Positions 56,161 to 64,000 of a DNA stretch of 64,000 nucleotides are shown in pieces; position 1 is the stretch's first letter, and each line of letters opens with the position of its first letter. This DNA is from Acidobacteriota bacterium. Its GTDB lineage: Bacteria; Acidobacteriota; UBA4820; DSQY01. The DNA is taken from positions 64,001 through 128,000 of the forward strand of contig JBMFSH010000002.1 in assembly GCA_049967655.1 (NCBI GenBank), given 5' to 3'. The notes under the pieces were generated by a model, which saw nothing but the letters and a program-made list of their open reading frames with translations, did not search any database and was not told where the DNA came from. Made by a program: the position numbers and the translations under genes.

Positions 56161-57459
56161 ATGCGGGAAGCAGCGAGGATTGCGCTTGAAAACGGTGTGG
56201 TGGGCGCCGGCGGGGCCGGCTTTCCAACCCACGTCAAACTCTCGGCCTCCGCGGACACCTTCGCCGTCAACGCCGCCGAGTGCGAGCCCCTTCTCTACAA
56301 GGACCAACAAATCCTCGAGCGCTTCCTTCCGGAGTTCTCGGCGGGGCTTCTCCTTTGCGGCGAAGCCGTGGGCGCGCGGCGGCTGATCGTGGGGATCAAG
56401 GACAAACACCACGAACTCATGGAGAGGCTGCGCGACGAGCTCCCCCCTCAGGTGGAGGTCTGCCCCCTGCCCGACACCTACCCCTCCGGCGACGAGCACC
56501 TGCTGGTCTTTGACACCACCGGCCGCTCCATTCCCAAGGGCGGAATTCCTCTGGACGTAGGCGTCGTCGTCAACAACGTCGAGACGGTCTTGAACGTGGG
56601 CCTGCAAAGACCGGTCACCCATAAATTCCTCACCGTTTCGGGGGAGGTGCCCGAGGCCCTCACCTTTCGGGTGCCCATCGGGGTGAGCCTCCGAGAGCTG
56701 CTGCGTGCCGCCGGCGCCCCCATCGAGGGGATGGGCTTCATCGTCAACGGTCCGATGATGGGAAGGGTCACGGAGGACCTCGAACAGCCGGTCACCAAAA
56801 CCACCTCGGGAGTGCTGGTTCTTCCCGCGGACCACTCGCTCATCCTCCGGAAGGGCCGCAGTACGCAGGACGTCCACAAGATCGCCTACACCTGCGACCA
56901 GTGCATGCGGTGTTCCGATTTGTGCCCGAGGGACCTCCTGGGCCACTTCGTCAAACCCCACAAGGCCATGATCTCCATCGGCTTCGCGGCGGAAGAGAAG
57001 TTGGCCTGGCAGCAGACGGCCCTCTACTGCTGCGAATGCGCCCTCTGCACACTCTACGCCTGCCCCGAGGACCTGGACCCCTTCCGCATGATGGTGGAGA
57101 GCAAGCGCGCCCTCATGGCCCAGGGAATCCGGCCTCCCAAGGTGGCGGTGGAGCCCACCCCGCTGTACGATTTCCGCCGCACGCCCACGAGCCTGCTCAT
57201 CCGCCGGCTGGAGCTGGCGCCCTATCAGCATCCCCAGAAGTACGTGGAGATAGACCTGCATCCGAGCCGCCTTGAGCTGCCTCTCAAACAGCACACCGGA
57301 GCCCCCTCCACGCCCTCCGTCGGGAAGGGACGCTCGCTGCGCGGCGGGGAGCTGGTGGCGGACATCCCCGAGGGGAGCCTGGGCGCCAAGATCTTCACTC
57401 CCCTCGCGGGCCGCGTGGGCGAGGTTTCCCCGGAGCGCATCGTCGTGGAGGTCGCATGA
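56161..57459 (+). CDS. PduS-like flavoprotein (NuoF/RnfC-related FMN domain, SLBB domain, two 4Fe-4S clusters)
   Basis: GVVGAGGAGFPTHVK, NAAECEP, GPMMG, CDQCMRCSDLCP, CCECALCTLYACP; QHTGAP domain at the C-terminus as in PduS rather than at the N-terminus as in RnfC. Confidence 0.85.
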   Translation: MREAARIALENGVVGAGGAGFPTHVKLSASADTFAVNAAECEPLLYKDQQILERFLPEFSAGLLLCGEAVGARRLIVGIKDKHHELMERLRDELPPQVEVCPLPDTYPSGDEHLLVFDTTGRSIPKGGIPLDVGVVVNNVETVLNVGLQRPVTHKFLTVSGEVPEALTFRVPIGVSLRELLRAAGAPIEGMGFIVNGPMMGRVTEDLEQPVTKTTSGVLVLPADHSLILRKGRSTQDVHKIAYTCDQCMRCSDLCPRDLLGHFVKPHKAMISIGFAAEEKLAWQQTALYCCECALCTLYACPEDLDPFRMMVESKRALMAQGIRPPKVAVEPTPLYDFRRTPTSLLIRRLELAPYQHPQKYVEIDLHPSRLELPLKQHTGAPSTPSVGKGRSLRGGELVADIPEGSLGAKIFTPLAGRVGEVSPERIVVEVA

Positions 57460-58151
57460 GCCCCAAAATCCACCAAATCCGCGGGGCGGACCGCGGGCGC
57501 GGCCCCGCGCCGAAGAAGCCCAAGGCGGGCGCCGCTCCAATCCAGCCGCCGAAGGACAGCTACGGCGGCCAGAGGCGCGGACCCGCCGTCAAGGACGCCA
57601 TCGGCCTTCTGGAGCTGACTTCCATCGCCAAGGGGATCGAGGCCACGGACCTGATGCTCAAGGCCTCCGACGTGGAACTCCTGGCCAGCCGGTCCATCTG
57701 CTCTGGCAAGTACATGGTTCTGGTGCGAGGCGACGTGGCCGCCTGCACCTCCTCCGTGGCCGCGGGCGAAGAGGTGGCTCGGGAGGCCGTGGCCGACTCC
57801 ATCGTGATCCCCCACCTCCATCCCGAGATCTTTCCGGCCATCGCGCAGGCCTCGCTTGTGGAGGAGGTGGCGGCGCTGGGCATCCTTGAATCCTTCAACG
57901 TGGCCAGCCTGATCGAGGGCGCCGACACCGCCGTGAAGTCCTCCGAGGTCCACCTGATCGAGATCCGCCTGGCCATGGCCCTGGGGGGCAAGGCTTTCTG
58001 CGTGCTCACGGGACAAGTGGCCGCCGTGCGCTCGGCCGTGGAGGCCGGCAAATCCGTGATCGGAGCCAAGGGCGCATTGACCAACTGGGCGGTCATCCCC
58101 TCCCCCGATCGCGCGCTCGTCAAGGAAATTCTGGGTGGCCGCCTGATCTAG
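57456..58151 (+). CDS. tandem BMC-domain shell protein, PduT-like
   Basis: AIGLLELTSIAKG...D.MLK, SICSGKY (conserved Fe-S Cys), GDVAA; second domain ALGILE...AD..VK, LGGK, AVRSAVEAG. Confidence 0.88.
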   Translation: MSPKIHQIRGADRGRGPAPKKPKAGAAPIQPPKDSYGGQRRGPAVKDAIGLLELTSIAKGIEATDLMLKASDVELLASRSICSGKYMVLVRGDVAACTSSVAAGEEVAREAVADSIVIPHLHPEIFPAIAQASLVEEVAALGILESFNVASLIEGADTAVKSSEVHLIEIRLAMALGGKAFCVLTGQVAAVRSAVEAGKSVIGAKGALTNWAVIPSPDRALVKEILGGRLI

Positions 58152-58178
58152 GGCGGCCCAAGCCATGGGAGACACGAG

Positions 58179-59531
58179 ATGAGATCGAGCACCGTCCCGA
58201 ACGGACCAACGGCCGGGGAAGGCCGGGCCTTTCCCCTCCTCCTCGTAGCTCTGGCTCTTTTCTCGACCTGCGCCGCCGTTGCGGCCCAGACCCCTCCGCC
58301 CGCTCCTCCCGAGAAGCAGATCACGGGGGTCATCACATCGAGCGGCTTCACCCAGCTCTCCATCGCCATTCCGCCGAGCAAGACGGAGGCCACGACGGCC
58401 GTCCAGGCCCAGGAGATCCTCTCCACGGTGACGGGCGATCTCGAGTTCTCGGGCTACTTCCAGCTCGTGGACCCCTCCCTTTTCGCCGGGATGAATCCGA
58501 ACGACACCAAGGTCGACTACGATGCATGGACGGGGATGAAGGCGGACTATCTCCTCCTCACCAACGTCTACGCCTCCGGGAACCAGCTCACCCTCGAAGG
58601 CCGGCTCTATGACATCAAGCGGAAGGAGATGGTGACGGGCAAGCGCATCAAGGGGCCCGCCCAGGACGTGCGGGTCCTGGCCCACAACCTCTCCTCCGTG
58701 ATCCTCGACTACCTCTTCGGCGCTGGGAGCTTCCCCACCAGCCAGATCCTCTTCACGTCGCACCTGGCCACCACCGAGGACATCTTTCTCTGCGACTACG
58801 ACGGGAAGAACATCCTCCGCCTCACGGCCATGGGCCAGCTCAACGTGACCCCCGACGTGAACCCCCAGGGCAACCTCATCGTCTTCACCTCCATCCTGAA
58901 AGACAGGCAGGAGATCTTCCTGCTGGACCGCCAGGGGCATCGGAGGAAGCTCTACGGCGACGGCGAGGGACTCAACTCCAACCCGCGGTTCTCCCACGAC
59001 GGCAAGACCGTGGCCTTCTGCTCTTCCCGGTCAGGAAACCCCGACATCTGGACCATCGGCGTGGACGGCAAGAATTTGACCCGGCTCACCTTCTCCTACG
59101 CCATCGACACCGCGCCCTGCTGGTCGCCCGATGACCAGCACATCGCCTTTACCTCCGATCGCTCCGGCTCTCCCCAGATCTATATCATGGACAGGGACGG
59201 CGCCAACGTGCGGCGGTTGAGTCCACCGGGCAGCGGGCGTTGCGATCAGCCCATCTGGTCTCCCCGCGGCGACAAGATCGCCTACAGTTGCTTCAAGGAC
59301 GGCCACTTCAACATCGCCGTGGCGGACCTGACCACCGGCGAGGTCACCTTTCTCACCCACGGGGAGGGAGACAACGAGGCGCCCTCCTGGTCGCCCGACG
59401 GGCGGTACCTGGCCTTCGCCAGCAACCGCTCCGGAAGCTATCAGATCTACATCATGCGTTGGGACGGGTCGGGAGTGACCCGAATCACAAACCAGCCGGA
59501 CTGCTATTCGCCCTGCTGGTTCAAGGGCTAA
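58179..59531 (+). CDS. tolB: Tol-Pal beta-propeller protein TolB
   Basis: Signal peptide, TolB_N (DLEFSGYF, RLYD), PD40 repeats (P.WSPDG..IAF.SDRSG.PQIY). Confidence 0.88.
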   Translation: MRSSTVPNGPTAGEGRAFPLLLVALALFSTCAAVAAQTPPPAPPEKQITGVITSSGFTQLSIAIPPSKTEATTAVQAQEILSTVTGDLEFSGYFQLVDPSLFAGMNPNDTKVDYDAWTGMKADYLLLTNVYASGNQLTLEGRLYDIKRKEMVTGKRIKGPAQDVRVLAHNLSSVILDYLFGAGSFPTSQILFTSHLATTEDIFLCDYDGKNILRLTAMGQLNVTPDVNPQGNLIVFTSILKDRQEIFLLDRQGHRRKLYGDGEGLNSNPRFSHDGKTVAFCSSRSGNPDIWTIGVDGKNLTRLTFSYAIDTAPCWSPDDQHIAFTSDRSGSPQIYIMDRDGANVRRLSPPGSGRCDQPIWSPRGDKIAYSCFKDGHFNIAVADLTTGEVTFLTHGEGDNEAPSWSPDGRYLAFASNRSGSYQIYIMRWDGSGVTRITNQPDCYSPCWFKG

Positions 59532-59680
59532 AAAGGACCTGCGGGGGAGGGAATCATGCGCTCGCTGGGGAATCGGCGGATCGGGGCTGACAGGACAGTC
59601 CGCGGCCTTTCGGTTGAGCTGGCTGCGACGGTTCGGGTTCCCGGGCGAACCGGCCCTTCGGCCCTCCGGCCGGTACTGCG

Positions 59681-61369
59681 GTGATTACCAGCCTACGCCT
59701 GAAGGACTACGCCCTGGTAGAGGAGCTCGTGTTGGAGCCGGGGGGCGAGCTGTGCCTTCTCACCGGTGAGACGGGCGCGGGGAAATCCATCCTGGTGGAT
59801 GCCGTGGGACTGCTCGCTGGCAACCGCGCCGAGACCGAGATGGTGAGAACCGGAGCCGAGGAGGCCGTGATCGAAGGCTCCTTCCGGCCCTCGCTGAAGG
59901 CCGCCGAGGTGGCCGCGCTCCTGCGGGGCTGGGATCTGGCCTTCGAGGGCGAGCTGGTGATCCGGCGCCGGATTCAACGCTCGGGAAGAAACACCGTGAC
60001 CCTCAACGGCGCCGCCATCACGCTGGCGCAGCTCCGCGAACTGGGCGCCCTCCTCGTGGAGATCCACGGGCAGAACCAGAGCCAGACGCTCCTCGACGAG
60101 GAGACTCACCGCCGCATCCTCGACGCGTTGCCCTCGGTCTCCCCGGCGGCCGACGCGCTTCGCGCCGCGTCCACGGATCTCTCCCAGGCCCTGTCCCGGT
60201 GGCGGACGCTCAGCCGCAGCGAGGCGGAGAGGGCCCAGCGGCTGGACCTCCTCCGCTTTCAGATGGAGGAGATCGACCGGGTGGCCCCGAGGGCGGGCGA
60301 AGAGGAGGAGCTGCTGGCCTCCAAGAGTCGGCTGCAGAACGTGGAGCGCATCGCCGAGGCGGTCGGCTCGCTTCACCAGCTCCTCGCCGAGGGCGACCCC
60401 TGTGTGCGGGTGCTGCTGTCGGAGGCGACCCGATGGATCGAGGCACTGAAGGAGGTGGATCCGGATTGGGGGGGCTACCTCGCCGACCTCCGCCAGGCCT
60501 CCGGCGTGCTCTCCAGCATCGCCTCGGAGGCGGAGCGGACCGCCTCTACCATCTCGTTTGATCCCGAAGCCCTGGAGAGAACCCTTCAGCGCCTCGCCGA
60601 CCTGGACCGCCTCAAACGCAAGTACGGCCCGACCCTCGATGACCTCCTCGCTCACCGGGCGAGCATAGGAGAAGAGGCGGCCCAGCTCTCCGGCGGCGAA
60701 GCCACCGCCGACGGGGCTCGCGAGCGAATCGAGGCCTCCTTCGCGGAGTACATGAGGCGCGCCCTGGAGCTCAGCTCCGCCCGCAAAGTCGCCGCCCTCG
60801 AGTTCGGCGGCGCCGTCGAAGCGGAGCTCAAGCCCCTGGCCATGGAGCGGGCTCGCTTCCTGGTTGAACTGGTCCCGCGTCCCGTGGGCCGAGCGGAGGA
60901 GGCTACGGAGGCAGGCCTGGAAGAGGTCCGGTTCCTCTTTTCGAGCAACCCCGGCGTGCCCCCCAAGCCTCTGGCCAAGATCGCTTCGGGCGGAGAGCTG
61001 AGCCGGACGCTCCTCGCCCTCCTCACGGCTACGAGGCAATGGATGGGTACCGACACGATCATCTTCGACGAGGTGGACGCGGGCATCGGAGGGCGGCCCG
61101 CCGAACGGGTAGGCAGGCGGCTTCGCAGGCTGGCCGAGCACCACCAGGTGCTCTGCATCACCCACCTGCCGCAGATTGCCGCGTTCGCCCACCAGCACAT
61201 CATCATCGAGAAGGTTCAAACATCCAGGCGCACTTGTGTCACCGCCAGGACCCTCGGACCCGAAGATCGAGAGAGGGAACTGGCCCGGATGCTCGCCGGG
61301 GAGAGGATCCAGGAGACCGCCCTGCGCCACGCCAGAACCCTGCTCGCCTCGGCCTCCGCTGCGGAGTAG
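59681..61369 (+). CDS. recN: DNA repair protein RecN
   Basis: LTGETGAGKS, IHGQ, KIASGGELSR, FDEVDAGIGG and ITHLPQIA motifs. Confidence 0.96.
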   Translation: MITSLRLKDYALVEELVLEPGGELCLLTGETGAGKSILVDAVGLLAGNRAETEMVRTGAEEAVIEGSFRPSLKAAEVAALLRGWDLAFEGELVIRRRIQRSGRNTVTLNGAAITLAQLRELGALLVEIHGQNQSQTLLDEETHRRILDALPSVSPAADALRAASTDLSQALSRWRTLSRSEAERAQRLDLLRFQMEEIDRVAPRAGEEEELLASKSRLQNVERIAEAVGSLHQLLAEGDPCVRVLLSEATRWIEALKEVDPDWGGYLADLRQASGVLSSIASEAERTASTISFDPEALERTLQRLADLDRLKRKYGPTLDDLLAHRASIGEEAAQLSGGEATADGARERIEASFAEYMRRALELSSARKVAALEFGGAVEAELKPLAMERARFLVELVPRPVGRAEEATEAGLEEVRFLFSSNPGVPPKPLAKIASGGELSRTLLALLTATRQWMGTDTIIFDEVDAGIGGRPAERVGRRLRRLAEHHQVLCITHLPQIAAFAHQHIIIEKVQTSRRTCVTARTLGPEDRERELARMLAGERIQETALRHARTLLASASAAE

Positions 61370-61397
61370 ACCGCGGCGCATTCCAGGAGACAGGGAA

Positions 61398-61413
61398 CGT
61401 GAGGGCCATCACA
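61398..61413. promoter_or_regulatory. putative CRP-binding site upstream of the SBBP protein gene
   Basis: CGTGA-GGGCCA-TCACA (9/10 match) with A-rich flanks. Confidence 0.6.
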
Positions 61414-61440
61414 AAAGCCCCTTCCAGCAAGCTTCCAGGC

Positions 61441-61469
61441 TTGCATCGCTGGAAACGCCGCAATACACT
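61441..61469 (+). promoter_or_regulatory. putative sigma70 promoter of the SBBP protein gene
   Basis: TTGCAT-N17-TACACT. Confidence 0.5.
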
Positions 61470-61639
61470 GTATTTGAATGTCATTTTTCCGCCACGAGAG
61501 GAGTCTGCTCGCAATTCCCCGGGAGGCGGCATGAGGAAGGCCCATGGATCAAAGACCATCCCCATCAACCCGTGACCCGGCCTTGCACCGTGAGCGGAGA
61601 CCCGGACCGATAAAACGCAAGCCGGGCTCGGAGGAAATC

Positions 61640-64000
61640 ATGGAACAGATCAAAGGACGAGCGGGCACGGAGTTTCGGTGTCTGCTGCTGGCGTTGGCTT
61701 GCCTTCCCCTTCTGCACGCCATTCCCGCGCGCGCCTCGGGGTCAACGCCCCTTTCCGCCCAGGCGGGCCCGCGGCTGGAGAAGGCCTTTGGAGCTATCCC
61801 GCTGCATTTCGAGCCCAACCGGGGGCAGAGCGATCCTCGGGTCGAGTATCTCGCCCGCGGGCGCGGCTTCGGCCTCTACCTCACCAGGAGGGGGGCGACC
61901 CTCGTCCTGAGCGCGCCGACAGGCGAGTCGGCGCGGGGCTCCCGGCGGCCTCCCCGGGATACCCGCCCGCATGTCCGCTCCACGATCCGCATCTCTCTGG
62001 AGGGCGGCAATGCGGCTCCCGCGCTGGTGGGCCTCGACCGCCTCGCCGGCACCTCCAGCTACTTCCTGGGGAACGACCCCTCGCGGTGGATTAGGGCCAT
62101 CCCCACCTTCGGGCGCGTCGCCTGCAAGCAGGTCTACCCGGGCGTGGACGTGGTTTACTACGGGGCCGGAAGGGCCCTGGAATACGATTTCCAGCTTGCC
62201 GCGGGGACGAATCCCCGAACGATCAGGCTCCGGTACGACGACGGGGCGGGGAACCCCGTCCCCTTGCGGGTCAGCCCCAGCGGTGATCTCCTCCTCTCGA
62301 CTCCCTTCGGTCGGCTCGTCCAGCACGCCCCCGCCGTCTTCCAAATGCGGAACGGGGAGAAGAACATGCTCTCCGGCCACTACGAGATCCTGGGACCGGG
62401 GCGCGTGGGACTGGTCGTGGCCAGTTACGACGCCTCTCGCCCGCTGACCATTGATCCAATTCTTAGCTACTCCACCTACCTGGGCGGCAGCGGCCAGGAT
62501 CAGGCGGCGGGCATTGCGGTGGATTCCAACGGGAACGCCTACGTGACCGGCTCCACGCAGTCCACCGATTTCCCCCAGGCCAGCGATGCGCCGAGCGGAG
62601 GATGGGACGCCTTCGTGACCAAGTTCTCTCCGGACGGCAAGAGCCTCCTCTACTCCATCTACTTCGGGGGGAAGGGGGATGACCTGGCCCACGCCATCGC
62701 CGTGGACTCCTCAGGTGACGTGACCATCGCCGGCCAGACCACCTCCTACGACCTGCCCGTCCTCAAAGCGTTCCAGCCCACCCACGCGGGGACCGCGAGC
62801 TCTGCTAACGAGGATGCCTTCATCGCCGAGTTCGGCCCCTCCGGCACGGCGCTTCTCTATTCTTCTTACCTGGGCGGCTTCGGGGATGACGTGGCCACGG
62901 CCGTAGCCCTCGATGCCGCAGGCGATGCTTTCGTGACGGGGTACACCTATTCACCCGATTTCCCCGCCTCTTCGAACGCCGACCAGCCGGCCTACGGTGG
63001 CGCCGGCGACGGGTTCCTTTCCGAGGTGGCAGCGGGCGGGAACAAGCTCCTCTACTCCAGCTTCCTGGGGGGCGAAGCCTACGACGAGGGGCGGGGCATC
63101 GCGGTGAGCACCGACGGCCACGTGTTCGTCACGGGCGACACCTCGTCGGTCGCCTTCCCCATTCTCAACGCCTATCAGGCCCAGCTCGCTGGAGCCAGCG
63201 ACGCCTTCGTCAGCGCCTTCGATTTCAGCGGTGCCACCGGCACCAGCCCCGGTCAGGTGATCTACTCCACCTACTTGGGGGGCGCCGGCAGCGACGCCGG
63301 CCTGGCCGTCGCCGCCGACGCGAGCGGGGACGCTTACGTAACGGGCTACACCTATTCGACTCACTTTCCAACCAGCCCCGGCGCCTACCAGAGGGCCCTC
63401 ACCGCCGGCCAATCGGCCGACGCCTTCGTAACGGAGTTTTCGCCGACGGGCGGCTCCCTGGTCTACTCCACCTACCTCGGGGGTTCGGCCTTTGATGCCG
63501 CCTACGCCATTGCCTTGGCCAGCGACGGAAGCGCCTGCGTGGCCGGGGATACCTATTCCACCGACTTCCCGGTGGCATTCCCCGTCCAGGCGGCCAACGC
63601 CAGCGCCTCCGCCGGCAACAGCGACACCTTCGTGAGCAAGTTGTCGCCTTCTGGCTCGGCCCTCTCCTTCTCGACCTATCTAGGCGGAAGCGACACGGAC
63701 CAGGGCCGCGCCATCGCCCTGGATTCCTCCAACAACATTTACGTGGCAGGGACCACCTACTCCAGCAACTTCCCGATGCAGAACGCCTTTCAGAGCGTCT
63801 CCCACGGAGCGGGGGACGCCTTCGTTTCCAAGATCCTTCTGGCCGGCTGTACCCTCACCTGCACCGCCGTGGCCTCACCCGGCACCGGTGCTGCCCCTCT
63901 CCCCGTCACCTTTTCGGCTACCGCTACCCCGAGTAGCTGCGGAAGCGGCACCGTGGCCTACGACTGGAATTTCGGCGACGGCACACCCCACGCAAGCGCG
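61640..64000 (+). CDS. large secreted SBBP (beta-propeller) repeat surface protein with the start of a PKD-like domain; runs off the window edge
   Basis: Manual translation (absent from the ORF track): MEQIKGRAG...signal peptide, PLHFEPNRGQ, IDPILSYSTYLGGSG.D, repeated IAVD..GNAYVTG.T.S.DFP and DAFVTK, then GAAPLPVTF..YDWNFGDG; GGAGG RBS. Confidence 0.9.
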   Translation, partial: MEQIKGRAGTEFRCLLLALACLPLLHAIPARASGSTPLSAQAGPRLEKAFGAIPLHFEPNRGQSDPRVEYLARGRGFGLYLTRRGATLVLSAPTGESARGSRRPPRDTRPHVRSTIRISLEGGNAAPALVGLDRLAGTSSYFLGNDPSRWIRAIPTFGRVACKQVYPGVDVVYYGAGRALEYDFQLAAGTNPRTIRLRYDDGAGNPVPLRVSPSGDLLLSTPFGRLVQHAPAVFQMRNGEKNMLSGHYEILGPGRVGLVVASYDASRPLTIDPILSYSTYLGGSGQDQAAGIAVDSNGNAYVTGSTQSTDFPQASDAPSGGWDAFVTKFSPDGKSLLYSIYFGGKGDDLAHAIAVDSSGDVTIAGQTTSYDLPVLKAFQPTHAGTASSANEDAFIAEFGPSGTALLYSSYLGGFGDDVATAVALDAAGDAFVTGYTYSPDFPASSNADQPAYGGAGDGFLSEVAAGGNKLLYSSFLGGEAYDEGRGIAVSTDGHVFVTGDTSSVAFPILNAYQAQLAGASDAFVSAFDFSGATGTSPGQVIYSTYLGGAGSDAGLAVAADASGDAYVTGYTYSTHFPTSPGAYQRALTAGQSADAFVTEFSPTGGSLVYSTYLGGSAFDAAYAIALASDGSACVAGDTYSTDFPVAFPVQAANASASAGNSDTFVSKLSPSGSALSFSTYLGGSDTDQGRAIALDSSNNIYVAGTTYSSNFPMQNAFQSVSHGAGDAFVSKILLAGCTLTCTAVASPGTGAAPLPVTFSATATPSSCGSGTVAYDWNFGDGTPHASA

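Noticed and set aside
56161..57459. RnfC/RsxC call
   Set aside because: No other rnf genes nearby; domain order and the adjacent tandem BMC gene fit PduS
59693..61381. 562-aa minus-strand ORF
   Set aside because: Antisense shadow of recN
62460..63840. Recurrent DNA repeats (TACTCCACCTAC.TGGG.GG and similar)
   Set aside because: Explained by SBBP protein repeats within the CDS; not a CRISPR array or mobile element

Overview
High-GC bacterial chromosomal window, mostly housekeeping genes. It is probably from a diderm Acidobacteriota-like organism (inference from the tmRNA tag ANNNLALAA, an Oar-type TonB-dependent receptor, a DUF4388-like protein and an SBBP-repeat protein). Core content: tsaC (partial), purE, panBCD, amidase-GerMN-murI-rph, ccmEF (CxxxY-type CcmE), mtnA, tsaD, lepB, miaA-hfq, rpsA-ihfB, a NikR-headed NikMNQO-type ECF transporter, PPi-type pfk, yebC-ruvCA, cysK, nth, lnt, recG, an acyl-CoA ligase, mpl, pduS/pduT-like genes, tolB, recN, tRNA-Gly(CCC), tRNA-Lys(CTT) and tmRNA. 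No CRISPR array, rRNA, transposase or integrase was seen. The best candidate for an undescribed system is 21100-26854: a CRP-type regulator followed by an operon of an LPP20/FlgP-like protein, a CHASE2 adenylate cyclase, a FlgT-N-like protein and a CsgG/FlgT-C-like protein. A 9/10 CRP box sits in front of this operon and a second 9/10 CRP box sits in front of the SBBP surface-protein gene at 61.4 kb, suggesting an envelope-sensing cAMP circuit with feedback. Other notable items: three tandem zinc-ribbon paralogues, an isolated pduST-like pair, a possible nickel outer-membrane channel, a shared octamer-repeat trailer after stable RNA 3' ends, a duplicated tRNA-Lys 3' end, and a DedA remnant with an in-frame TAG. 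All family calls come from motifs recognised by eye; no database searches were run.
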